A stretch of DNA of 63,266 nucleotides, the filler included, from Octopus bimaculoides (taxonomy: Eukaryota), in NCBI RefSeq assembly GCF_001194135.2. It is 6 parts of 5 records of this genome, joined end to end, with 100 filler letters (N's around TTAATTAATTAA, not from the genome) between each part and the next. Parts side by side here need not be neighbours in the genome. Positions count along the whole stretch, not along the records: positions 48,741 to 61,696 come from NC_069004.1; positions 61,797 to 63,266 come from NC_068991.1; 4 more parts are not named here. The stretch is one strand, 5' to 3'. The notes below the pieces were generated by a model. The model did not search any database. It was not told where the DNA came from and saw only the letters and a list, made by a program, of their open reading frames with translations. Made by a program: the position numbers and the translations under genes. Shown piece after piece: positions 51,151-63,266 of this stretch. How positions within the stretch are numbered: position 1 is the stretch's first letter; every line of letters starts with the position of its first letter.

Positions 51151-51699
51151 TGAGCCCAAAAAAATAAATAAATAAATAAAAGAAGGAAAAAAAGCCCTTC
51201 ATTTCATTTCGTTCCTGTCCTCTCACTCAGCTGGCAAAAACGAGTAATCCTGCGACGGACCGGCGTCTCATCCAGGGGGTGCGGGATATATGCGCCACGG
51301 AAACCTGGAAACCAGGAAACATGCCTTATGCGTCCAAATGCTTCGCGAAGGAGCTTTTTCCTTTCTTAAACAAATGAATGCTTATCGTCGAGAGCGACGG
51401 AAACTCCAACACAACCATTCTATAATATATTAAAGCACTTTATTCTGTATAGAATCATCTCAGTCAAAGGACAATACCCCCTTGTAATAGGTGAATGCCG
51501 CATTGAATTAATTGCAATCTAATAACACTGCATTATAGAATATATTTCATTTAATATACGGGAAGATGTAATTATGTTTATTGTAGAAATACAATTATGT
51601 ATGTATTAATGATATTGATAAAGTTGTAAACTGACATTTTAATGACTTACAATAATTTTTAATGGATCTCGGAACTTCGAAGTCCCAGCCAACCTTTGT

Positions 51700-52043
51700 T
51701 TTGATTAAAATGATATTCAACTGGACCTCTATCGGTTACGACGATAAGGGTTCCAGTTTGATCCGATTAACGGAACAGCCTGCTCGTGAATTTAACGTGC
51801 AAGTGGCTGAGCATTCCACAGACACGCGTACCCTTAACGCAGTTCTCAGGGAGACTGAGCGTGACACAGAATGTGACAAGACTGGCCCCTTTGAATTACA
51901 AGTACTACTCCTTTTTGCCAGCTGAGTCGTCTGCAGCAACGTGGAATTAAGTGTCTTGCTCAAGGACACAACGCGTCGCCGGGGATTGAACTCAGGACCT
52001 TACAATCGTGAAGCGAATACCCTAACCTCTAAGCCACGCACCT
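51700..52043 (-). mobile_element. tRNA-headed CORE-type SINE
   Basis: GTGGCTTAGAGG A-box-like, GAGTTCAATCCC B-box-like, TGTGTCCTTGAGCAAGACACTT core. Confidence 0.82.
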
Positions 52044-52081
52044 TAAAATGATACATATTAAATATATACATATAGATGTAA

Positions 52082-52365
52082 AGGTGTGTGGTCTAGTGTT
52101 TAGGCTATTGTATTCACGATCGTGAGATGACGGGTTTGGTTCCCGGACTGGGCGGCGCGTTGTGTTCTTGAGCAGAACGCCTCATATCACATTGTTCAGG
52201 TCCATTCAGCTGTAAATAAGTAACCCTGCGACGGAGTAACTATCCGATCAGGGGACCTGTTTGCCTAGTCAGTGAAGATAGTGTCATCCGAAAGCTAAAA
52301 CAATGCGAAGTGCATTGTGACCAGCGATGTATAACAACATCCGATAGTCTGGTCGATGCCATGAT
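52082..52365 (+). mobile_element. tRNA-headed CORE-type SINE
   Basis: GTGGTCTAGTG head, GCGTTGTGTTCTTGAGCAG core; its 3' part recurs at 48538-48598. Confidence 0.75.
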
Positions 52366-52439
52366 TCCCCCCCCCCTGGTTTTAATCTTTTAAATTCTTC
52401 CTCTGAGGAAGGAGCTGGTTTCTAACAAAGATACAAAAC

Positions 52440-53890
52440 TCCGTCATTGGAATGTAGATAACGAAAACAATGTCACGTTTTAAATTTGGGAAAAGTCTTG
52501 CACAGTCTTACTGCTTCACTTACGGATTGTATTTGTAATGTCCGAATCAGTTGGTTGATTTATTTTTCTGAAACCCCAGCTTATCCAAATTGTCAGTTTG
52601 GCACTTACTCACAAAACTAAGTGCCCCAATTATTATTGGTATAGATGTAAATTTATGATCTAGATATAGAAACCTGGAGGTGTCGAAGCAGTTGCCTATA
52701 ATTATCTCTCTTTCTCTTTGATTTTTAAAGAGTTAGTCACATCAACAGGACAGTAGACCTGTATGATAGTATAAACTTATTCTTGTCTATCCCAAATAAC
52801 AATGTCCAGCCTGTTATCTTTATACTTGACAGATGTTTTGATGGGAATGTTCCACCAGTATTCCTTATGTTGATATTCGTGTACCTATTCAATAACAGAA
52901 GGATTCTCTATATTTATTCCAGGATAGTATTTTTTTCCGGATGGCATTGTATATTGTTTTAGCAACAACGTCATGTCGCACAGGGAAATAATGCCTTGAC
53001 ATTATTGGGCAGTTGTTAATCACGTGTGCAGTCTTCCACAGAAATATGACATTATCTTGTCATATGTAAGGCGGCGAGCTGTCAGAAACGTTAGCACGCC
53101 GGGCGAAATACTTAGCGGTATTTCGTCCATCGTTACGTTCTGAGTTCAAATTCCGCCGAGGTCGACTTTGCCTTTCATCCTTTCGGGGTCGATAAATTAA
53201 GTACCAGTTACGCATTGGGGTCAATGTAATCTACTTAATCCCTTTGTCTGTCCTTGTTTGTCCCCTCTATGTTTAGCCCCTTGTGGGCAATAAAGAAATA
53301 AGAAACGTTAGCACACCGGGCGAAATGCTTAGCGGTATTTTGTCCATCGTTACGTTCTGTGTTCAAATTCCACCGAGGTCGACTTTGCCTTTCATTTTTC
53401 GGGGTCGATAAATTAAGTACCAGTTACGAACTGGAGTCGATGTAATCGACTTAATCCCTTTGTCTGTCCTTGTTTGTCCCTTCTATGTTTAGCCCCTTGT
53501 GGGCAATAAAGAAATAAGAAATATGACATTATCTACATTTATGGTGGCATTTCGGAACTCCAGGGGCTTCACTCTCCCTTTTGTTGATTAGGTGCTTCGT
53601 AGCCATCTCCTGTTCTTGGATTGCAAATACATAACCTTCGAAGTGTGATGTGATGTAGCGGTGACGAGCTCAAGAGAGGCTTCGCTTCATGTTGATATTA
53701 CTATCTTCTTCAAGTCTTCGTGAACATACCTTCACATAGTCTTTTTTGGTTTGCTGGGCTTTTCACATCCAGGTCTTCGTTGAGGTATGTTAGTCTGGCT
53801 ATTCTGGGGTTGTATGGGATGTCATCAGGAGGACAGTACTTCCTGAAAACTAGGCTGCTGACAGAAAGGTTATTGGTTTCTTCACTTCTC
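52440..53890 (-). mobile_element. RLE-type (R4/NeSL-like) non-LTR relic split by a SINE dimer
   Basis: FEGYVFAIQEQE, CR*CHISVED..HVINNCP...RHDVV zinc knuckle, IPIIIGAL, LCKTFPKF; reading rejoins when the insert and one TSD copy are removed. Confidence 0.8.
53070..53520 (+). mobile_element. SINE family 1 A+A head-to-tail dimer with 18-bp TSD
   Basis: AGAAATATGACATTATCT at 53040-53057 and 53517-53534. Confidence 0.93.
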
Positions 53891-53935
53891 AGCACTATGT
53901 TAATGTATGTATGTATACATACATATATATGTATA

Positions 53936-53980
<45 letters not shown>

Positions 53981-54153
53981 ATATATATATATATAATGTA
54001 ACCACGTGTGTATCGTTGGCGATCTTCTTCCTCCGTCTTCCCTTCCTTTGGATTTTCCTCTATTTCTGAAGAAGAGCTTCTGATAATACAGTACTTGTAC
54101 CACGTCCTGGCATTATTGTTTTTTCTTGTTTGTTCTTCTTTGTTTGGATTCAC

Positions 54154-54199
<46 letters not shown>

Positions 54200-54542
54200 N
54201 NNNNNNNNNNNNNNNNNNNNNNNNNNNNNNNNNNNNNNNNNNNNNNNNNNNNNNNNNNNNNNNNNNNNNNNNNNNNNNNNNNNNNNNNNNNNNNNNNNNN
54301 NNNNNNNNNNNNNNNNNNNNNNNNNNNNNNNNNNNNNNNNNNNNNNNNNNNNNNNNNNNNNNNNNNNNNNNNNNNNNNNNNNNNNNNNNNNNNNNNNNNN
54401 NNNNNNNNNNNNNNNNNNNNNNNNNNNNNNNNNNNNNNNNNNNNNNNNNNNNNNNNNNNNNNNNNNNNNNNNNNNNNNNNNNNNNNNNNNNNNNNNNNNN
54501 NNNNNNNNNNNNNNNNNNNNNNNNNNNNNNNNNNNNNNNNNN

Positions 54543-54602
<60 letters not shown>

Positions 54603-54968
54603 TTGCATATATACGCACATACATAAAGAAGCAAAAATACATAAATAACTACCTACCTACCTACCTACCTACCTTCCTACCTACCTACATAATGCATACA
54701 TACATACATACATACATACATACATACATACATACATACATACATACATACATACGTATATATGCGTATGCTTTTGTATAAGAAGGAGACGACCAGAAGT
54801 GTCCTCTACCACCGCCAGACAATAAGGCATTCTCTACGTGGTTGTCCGACCTACTAGAAATAAGAGTGGAAGTTCTGTTATTTTAGATGTACTAATTCTG
54901 AATATAAAGATAAACAAATAACGGTAACGACGCCATTTTCTACTGTTCAGTGTTACTGAATGTCTACC

Positions 54969-55000
<32 letters not shown>

Positions 55001-55044
55001 CTTAGCTCCCATGTAAAATTTTTGGACACAGATTTTCAATATTA

Positions 55045-55228
55045 ACTGTGCTTAGTGGTATTTCGTCCATCTTTACGTTTTGGGTTCGAATGCCATCGGG
55101 GTCGACTTTGCTTTTCATCCTTTCGGGGTCAATAGAAAAGTACCAGTTGAGGGCTGGGGGTCGATTAAATCGACTTACTCTTCCTCCGAACTTGCTGGCC
55201 TTGTGCCAAAATTTGAAACCGATATTCA
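55045..55228 (+). mobile_element. SINE family 1, B-type, 5'-truncated
   Basis: GGGGTCGACTTTGCTTTTCATCCTTTCGGGGTC...GGCCTTGTGCC. Confidence 0.85.
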
Positions 55229-56029
55229 ATGTCCTCATCGAATATGGCTGCATGTAATACATGTCAGACAATGGTTGTAATTTTCAGTGTTCTTAGCTGA
55301 AATTGTCTTTCGCAACATTCGTTTTTTTAAAAAATATATACCATGAAAGATAGGAAAGTAAAGTGTATAAATTGCATACCTTATGGTGTAAAACAGAGTT
55401 TAAAAATATAAATGTTCACCATTTAAATATAAAAAGCCAACAAAATAAGGAAGAAAACTGAAATATAACAGATAGTATCAAAAAATAATATCACAAAGTA
55501 AAATTAAAATGAAAAACAGTAAAGAAGAAGAAATTTAGAAAAATAAAAAGAAATAAACTAAACGGAATTGATGGATAAAAACGGAAACGATAGGGTAGCT
55601 TAATTTGGCCTCTAGTTTCTGGCTATGATTTATTCACATCTGTTTAGTTTTAATTATAGACTCCAGTTTGAAGAATGAGAATGTAAGGTCTGCTATATTC
55701 TGCAGTTTCTCCGTCTAATGTACTATTTAACATTGCTTGCATATTTTTCTTATTAGTTCCTTCTTCCTTGGTGTCGTTTTAGAAAGAAAAAAAAGTTGAT
55801 ATATTGCTTAAAATGTAAGAAAAGCTATATATTTAAAAGAGCAAATTTATAAATATGTATAAAAATATGTATAAAACGTGAAAAGTGCATTATATCATTT
55901 GTCCTCTGGCTTCTACTTATGATTTAGTACCATCTATATGGTTATAATTACGGGTATTTTAACTTTATATTTCTTACTGCTTCTGTATTTAGATACTGAA
56001 TTTAATTCCAGTGAATTACTGCAGATTAT

Positions 56030-56674
56030 ATTGGTTTTAAGTTTTGGCACAAGACCAGTAAGTTTGGGGGAGGAGTTAGGTCGATTACATCCCCGAGGGA
56101 GTGAAAGGCAAAGTCGACCTCGGCGGACGTTGAACTCAGAAGGTAATGACAAAGAAAATGCCGCAAAGCATTTTTCCCGGCAGGCTAACGATTTTGCCTG
56201 CTCGCCGCTTTAAAGATATTGCAATTTTGGTTTCAAATTTTGGCACAAGGCCGGCAATTTTCAGTGGAGGGGTAAGTGAATTACATCGACCCCAGAGCTC
56301 AATTATTTTTCACTTTATCGACCTCGAGAGGGATAAAAGGCAAAGTCGACCTTGGCAGAATTTGAACTCAGAACATAAAGACGGACGAAATACCGCAAAT
56401 CATTTTGCTAGGCGTGCTAACGATTTTGTCATCGCGCCGCCTTATTGTATATTGTATTATCACTAATCCTTTCTACTCTAGGCACAAGGCCCGAAATTTT
56501 GGGGGAGAGGCCAGTCGATTACATCGACTCCAGTACGCAACTTAATTTATCGACCCCGAAAGGATGAAAGGCAAAGTCGACCACGGCGAAATTTGAACTC
56601 AGAACGTAAAGCCGAACGAAATGCCGCAAAAACATTTTGCTCGGCATGCTAACGATTTTGTCATCTCGCCGCCT
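56030..56674 (-). mobile_element. Three tandem SINE family 1 B-type copies
   Basis: Approx. 56030-56208, 56225-56441, 56466-56674, each with its own head. Confidence 0.88.
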
Positions 56675-57307
56675 TAGTATTGTAGATCATATTAAGACCA
56701 GGATTTAACTGGTTACTTTATTGTATGGTCCCTTAACGACTGAAAGACAAAGTGGACCTTGGTGAAATCTGAATTAAGGGCATAAAGCTATGTTCTTTAA
56801 TACAAATTTCTAACGTGATGTGTACCAAAAATTCACATTTGGGGAAAGAGGGTACATTCGATTATTGATTTCAAACATTGGCATAATGTCGTCCATTGTT
56901 GAAAGCTAGACAGATCAATCCCAATACGTTACTCGTAATTTATGTTTTCAACCCAAGAAGGGCGAAAGATAAAATTAATCTTGTTTTGAACTCGGACCCT
57001 TAAGAACTGCTACGGAACACCGCAAAGCATAAGAATATTGTCCACCACAGTTTCGATTGTGGCCGTACACTGCCTGCGACTATATTTGGCCAAAGCCACC
57101 CTCAGATCATACCCTAACATCTTATACAAAAACAGTTTGCATTAGATAATGTGATCCGACATAACAGACGGGATGATGACGGTTAGAACATTTATGATCT
57201 CAGAGTTACTCGTTGAGATTCCACCAAGTGGTTAAAGAACAACGCCAGCAACAACACACCTATTTACACTTCAGATAATCTATCTACCTACCTACCTACC
57301 TACCTAC

Positions 57308-57387
<80 letters not shown>

Positions 57388-58083
57388 ATGCACGCACACA
57401 CACACACACANNNNNNNNNNNNNNNNNNNNNNNNNNNNNNNNNNNNNNNNNNNNNNNNNNNNNNNNNNNNNNNNNNNNNNNNNNNNNNNNNNNNNNNNNN
57501 NNNNNNNNNNNNNNNNNNNNNNNNNNNNNNNNNNNNNNNNNNNNNNNNNNNNNNNNNNNNATATATATATATATATAGCCTATATCGTTTAGCGATTGGA
57601 CAGTCTACAATTGAAGTAGTTCTGGTAAACATTTTTTTTTCTCTCAAAACGATTTTGCTTAATTAATATTTATCACATCGTACATAAAAATTGACTTCAA
57701 ACATTATGACGTCATAGTCAGACTACCAGACACCTTACATTGTTCTACAATATTTGTGTGATTATTATAATAATACTTCATCTGCGACAATTTCTTTCAA
57801 TTGCGGAAATATTTCGGTAAGGTTGAGAACCAATTTGCTTGCATATTCCCAACACGCTATGTAACAATTTAAATTATTTATCAAAATTCTTGCTTTTAGC
57901 CCGTTTGAGTTATATCCCTTGACGCATTTTATTTCGTTTCCTTAAATGATAGGGGAATATTAATATGGTCACAGCAAAGAATTCTCTGAATGTTTTCTTA
58001 TAAGAAAGTTAACTTTCTTTTCAGATGTTTAAATCGTTTCCGTTGACGTTCTTAGTCTTGCATTCTCATTTTCTTTCCATTAC

Positions 58084-58520
58084 TTATATCCTTTTCTACT
58101 CTAGGCACAAGGCCCGAAATTTTTTGGGAGGTGGGGCAGTCGAATAGATCGACCGCAGTACGCAACTGGTACTAAATTTATCGACTCCGAAAGGATGAAA
58201 GGTAAAGTCGAACTCAGCGAAATTTGAACTCAGAACGTAAAGACAGACGAAATACCGCTAAGCATTTCACCCGATGTGCTAACGTTTCTTATTTCTTTAT
58301 TGCCCACAAGGGGCTAAACATAGAGGGGACAAACAAGGACAGACAAACGGATTAAGTCGATTGTATCGACCCCAATGCGTAACTGGTACTTATTTGATCG
58401 ACCTCTAAAGGATGAAAGGCAAAGTCGACCTCAGCGGAATTTGAACTCAGAACGTAACGGCAGACAAAATACCGCTAAGCTTTTCGCCCGGCGTGCTAAC
58501 GTTTCTGCCAGCTCACCGCC
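58084..58520 (-). mobile_element. SINE family 1 A+B dimer with 11-bp TSD
   Basis: CTTTCCATTAC at 58073-58083 and 58520-58530. Confidence 0.9.
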
Positions 58521-58561
58521 TTTCCATTACATATATTCAACCGGTGGGCATGGATATTAAA

Positions 58562-59200
58562 ACTGGTGAGCTGGCCGAATCGTCAGCACGCTGGACAAAG
58601 TGCATAGCAGCATTTCGTCTGTCTTTACGTTTCAAGTTTAAATTCCACCGAAGTTGACATTGCCTTTCATCCTTTCGAGGTCGATAAAATAAGTACTAGT
58701 TGAACCCTGGGGTCAATGTAATCGACTTACCACTCTCCCTAATTTTTTCGCCCTGTGTCAAAATTTGAAACCTATTATAATATAAGGGCGGCGAGCTAGC
58801 ACAGTGGTTAGCACACGGGACAAACTGCTTAGCGGCATTTCTTCTTGGTCTTTATGTTCTGAGTTCAAATTCTGCCAAGGTCTACTTTATCTTTCATCCT
58901 TTTGGTGTCATTGAAATAAGTACCAGTTGAGGAAATGGGTCAATTAGATCCCTCCCCACAAAATTCCAGGCCTTGTGCCCATCGTAGAAAGGACTATTGA
59001 TGATAATACATTAAGGTCGTGTTCTGGTAGCATGGTCAGACGAAATGCTTAGCGGCATTTCTTCCCGGTCTTTAGGTTCTGAGTTCAAATTCCACCGGGG
59101 ACCAATTTGCTTCTCATCCTTTCGAGATCAAGAAAGTACCAACCGAATACTAAGTAATCGACTTGCTCGCAATCCTAAAATTGCTGGCCTTGTGCCAAAA
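58562..59200 (+). mobile_element. Three SINE family 1 copies
   Basis: Approx. 58562-58775, 58786-58996, 59016-59200. Confidence 0.85.
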
Positions 59201-60150
59201 GAAACCAGGCCAGAAATTTTATATAAGGAAGATAGTCGATCCCATCAGCTCGAGAACCTTACTGGTACTTTATTTTACCGACCCTGGAAAGATAGAACGT
59301 AAAGCTGGCATCGCCGGAATTTGAACATACAGAATTAGGAAATGCCATTATGTATTTTGTCCGACACGTTAACGAATCTGTCACCTCGCTGTCTTAAAAA
59401 AAAAACGATTATATTATAACATTATAATGCCATAGTCAGACTAGCAGCCATCTCTCAATGTTCTACTGTATTTGTGTGACTATTATAATAATCCTTCATG
59501 TGCGACAGGTATTTTACCATAGCGAAAGTATTTCTGTAGGTTGAGGACCAAGAGTTTTGAGCGGAGGGAGTTATTCGCTACCATCGATTTTATTTGTAAT
59601 TTATTCATATTGACTTCAGAAGGATAAAGTTGACCTCGGCAGAATTTGAACTCAAAAGGTAAATGCCTCACGGCATTTTTACCCAACGATCTTACGATTT
59701 TACGTTCTCGACAACCCATCGCCATAGAACTGGTTTTAATAATAGTTCCAAATTTTTGGAAGAAGGCCAGCAATTTCGGGGCAAGGGGTAATAGATTACA
59801 TCGACTCCAGTGTCACATGACACTTATTTTATCGACCCCGAAAAGATTAAAGGCAAAATTGATCTCAGCGGAATTTGAACTCAGAACGAAAAGACAGACG
59901 AAATGCCACTAAACATTTTGCCAGGCGTGCTAACAATTTTACCAGCTCTCCACCTTGGACTGGTTCTAATAATCCTTTCTATTGAAGGCACGAGACCTTG
60001 AAATTTTGGAGGAGGGGACTAGTCAATTACATCGACTCAAGCGTTTTACTGGTACTTAATTTATCACCCCAAAAGGATGAAGGGCAAAGTCGACCTCGGC
60101 GGAATTTGAACTCGGAACATAGCAACAGGCGAAATACCAATAAGCATTTC
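59200..60150 (-). mobile_element. Several SINE family 1 copies and fragments
   Basis: Approx. 59200-59390, 59615-59700, 59745-59955, 59970-60150. Confidence 0.8.
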
Positions 60151-60488
60151 GCAACTGGTTCTAATAATATCAGCACGTCAGTCAACAGTCAATATTTGTT
60201 GCTTATTTTTGGTGGTTAAATTGTCTTTTTAATAATTAAGATAGCCGGCAATATTAATGAATTCACCTTTTAGTTTTCCGAAAGATCTTTAATATTACAG
60301 AGTAGCTTTTGTACATTTTATCACTTGGTGTGTTCGGCTTCAAACCGTTGCTCCAAATCACGTCTAACGCTCAGCCATTTCTTCAGGTCTTCAGCAAGTT
60401 CTTCAGTTGGTTTTTCCAACCCTCCTTAGGATCCCTGCCATGATGAAATCCATCGTTACAGAACAATATTTATGGCGAACAAGTATAG

Positions 60489-61151
60489 TCATATACTTTA
60501 ACGTCGGATATTTCTGGCGTTTTATTCATTTCTGTCTCGTGTTCTCTTAATGCCCCCGGAAATTGGTTTCTTACCCGAAATAACTATTTAATTATTTATA
60601 AAATAGCATCTTAATATATTTGCTATTGTTATTATAGATATTTAATTTTATATCGCAAGGAAAATTCTTAGCGGCATTTCGTCCGTCTTTACGTTCTGAG
60701 TCCAAATGCCACCGATGTCACTTTTGCCTGTCTTCCTTTCGGGGTCGATAAAATAAGTATCAGTTGAACACTAGGATCGATGTAATCGACTTAAACCCAC
60801 CCCTAAAATACCTGGCCTTTTGTCAGAATCTGACATCATTAAAACATGCAAGAATGCATTCTTGCTGGAAGAGCTCCACCATTAAATTTTGGAAATTGTG
60901 TTACTTGATAAACTTTTGCATACTTCTTAATTCGTTTCTCATTAACAAGAGCTCCGCCTTTCGGCAAAATACAGTAGTTGTCATAAAATATAGAATATAA
61001 AATGCATTTGAGTAAAGGGAAATAATTCGGTAGGGCCTCTAAACTCAAGACATTCTCACCCACACATAAGCACATAATAATAATACATACCACACACCTC
61101 TTCACATATAAGCACATACACATATACATACATATTATATGTTATATATTA

Positions 61152-61184
<33 letters not shown>

Positions 61185-61448
61185 GTATGTATATATGCAT
61201 ACGTGTGTGTATGTATGTATATATGAAAATGTTACAGTTTGTTTGAATACGTAGAAACTCAATAGAAGACCATAACAATGTCGATATAAAATTAAATATC
61301 TATAATAACAATAGCAAATATATTGAGATGTTACTTTACAAATAATTAAATAGTTATTTCGGGTAAGAAACCAATTTCCGGGGGCATTAAGAGAACACGA
61401 GAAAGAAATGAATGAAATGCCCAAAATATCCGACATTAAAATATATGA
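60489..61448. repeat. 167-bp inverted repeat pair (60489-60655 / 61282-61448)
   Basis: About 60-bp identical core TCTCGTGTTCTCTTAATGCCCCCGGAAATTGGTTTCTTACCCGAAATAACTATTTAATTATTT; flanking parts about 85-90% similar by eye. Confidence 0.92.
60660..60832 (+). mobile_element. SINE family 1, 5'-truncated
   Basis: Body and B-type tail remnant. Confidence 0.82.
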
Positions 61449-62351
61449 AATATTTCGAAGATTAAAAGAAAATATATCGTAGTGTTTCAATAAGTTTGTT
61501 ATTCTAATTACGGAGATTTACATCTGCATTGTTAAACGACTTCGATTTTCTACAGCGTAAGTATTGCGGTTGATTTAATCGATAAAATATTCAATTCACC
61601 GACTCAGCACAACCGTAATCCAATGACTAAAGCCAGTAAATGAATAAACGTGTTTTGTATATAAATATATATATATATATTTTTATATACAATACANNNN
61701 NNNNNNNNNNNNNNNNNNNNNNNNNNNNNNNNNNNNNNNNTTAATTAATTAANNNNNNNNNNNNNNNNNNNNNNNNNNNNNNNNNNNNNNNNNNNNAGGT
61801 CAGTCATTAGAATTTGTAGTATGCGGTTGTCTAAGCTGACATAAAGAGAATCAAAAACAGCAAAAACAGAAAAGATGAGAGTTGTTTTGCTAGGAGATAA
61901 AGCTGAGACTAATGTTTCTCTTTGAGGTTCTTTGTCGATGAATAAAAGGATTTTAAAGATTCTATGAGTTCTTTGGTCATTTTACACAGAAACAACAATT
62001 TATTTACCAAAAGCAGAACCAATTCAAGAGAATGTATATTATTTGATGAATCACAAAATTTTTTATGGGTTTTTATGTAATTTAAAATGAATAGGGACAA
62101 ACATCTTCCCTAGGTAAGAAACAATTACATTGCATCTAATTTTCTAGAACTATTCCTGGAGGTTAAGGCAATCGACGCTGACAGAATTAAATGTTACCCC
62201 TCTCTAAAACAAATTCGCCAGCTATTGATATGATCCCTGTGATCCTTGATTTCGTAGGTTAATACTTTGTTTACTCAATCACCCCACATGTAAATATGTT
62301 AAATAAGGGTCAACATAAACTGATCCCAGTGTTTTGTGAGAATCACGTAAG

Positions 62352-62570
62352 GCACTGAGCTGGCAGAATTGTTTGCACGTCGGGCAAAATGCTTAGCAAC
62401 ATTTCATCCGTTTTTGCGTTCCGAGTTCAAATTCCGTCGAGGTTGACTTTGTCTTTTATCCTTTTGAGGTCGATAAATTAAGTACCAGTCATGTACTGCG
62501 GATCGATGCAATAGACTTACTCTCTTCTCCAAAATTTCAGGCCTTGTGTCTATCGTAGAAAGGATATTTC
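62352..62570 (+). mobile_element. SINE family 1, B-type
   Basis: GAGCTGGCAGAA head to GGCCTTGTGTCTATCGTAGAAAGG tail. Confidence 0.88.
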
Positions 62571-63018
62571 TGAAAATCACGTGACACTGTTTCCATTTCA
62601 ACTAATTGTTAGTTATAGAAAGTTTCCCTCAAACGAATACACATACGCAGATTATGCGTTGCTTTCATATTCAACACACGTTTCTTTTCTTTTGTTTGGT
62701 TAGCAAGGAAAAAGAAACCTGTGAAAAATAACAAAAAGGAAAGAAAGGAGAACAAAAAATATGAAAGAAAGAAAGAGAGAAACAAGGAAAACTTTAACAA
62801 GCAGTGATTGTTATAGTCAAATAACAGCTGACACCATTTACAATTCGAAATCGAAAGAGGGTACTATTTCAAAGAGGTACGCCATTCTACGTCTTTTTTA
62901 TTGATTGCTTTTCTCATATTTTTTTTTCTAAATTAAAGTCATCTCATTCACATACAAATGCATGTTACACATACACACTTGCAAGTACACACATACAACG
63001 TCATACGTACATCTATAA

Positions 63019-63055
<37 letters not shown>

Positions 63056-63266
63056 CGAATATTTGTGTGAATGTGTATGTGTGAGTATATGTGCATGAAT
63101 TTGTACATTTGTGCTTATTCTATCAATGTGTGTATTTAGGATTTCGATATATTTTTAAATATATCCAACTCAATATTTGCATGTTGTTATTTATAGCTTT
63201 ATCATCTGTTTCGAGATCAACTGTTCCAAAAGTTGTATATATATATTTATATATATATATATATAT

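Overview
Repeat-saturated, AT-rich eukaryotic DNA with many N gaps. The SINE types and extreme microsatellite density fit a coleoid cephalopod, most likely Octopus (my inference, not verified by search). I cannot support any intact host gene: nearly all long ORFs in the track are microsatellite or N artefacts, and the few with real protein signal are decayed transposon fragments (CR1/L2-like, Tx1/L1, RTE, R4/NeSL-like and HERO-like RLE retrotransposons, Penelope-like elements, Gypsy RT, Helitron). About 35 copies of one tRNA-headed SINE and several CORE-type SINEs are present. Best leads: (1) hammerhead-ribozyme folds at 3.6 kb (inside a 352-bp unit with a terminal direct repeat, retrozyme-like) and 49 kb (with an inverted copy starting next to the predicted cleavage site), plus two weaker variants; (2) a ~555-bp element with no TIRs or tRNA head whose two ends sit in (AAT)n tracts, present as full, mini and end-only forms beside R4/Dong-like 3' ends; (3) SINE dimers with a recurrent junction enclosed by one target-site duplication. 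Five 44N-TTAATTAATTAA-44N spacers are assembly joins, so adjacency across them is unreliable. TE boundaries are read by eye and approximate unless exact motifs are quoted.
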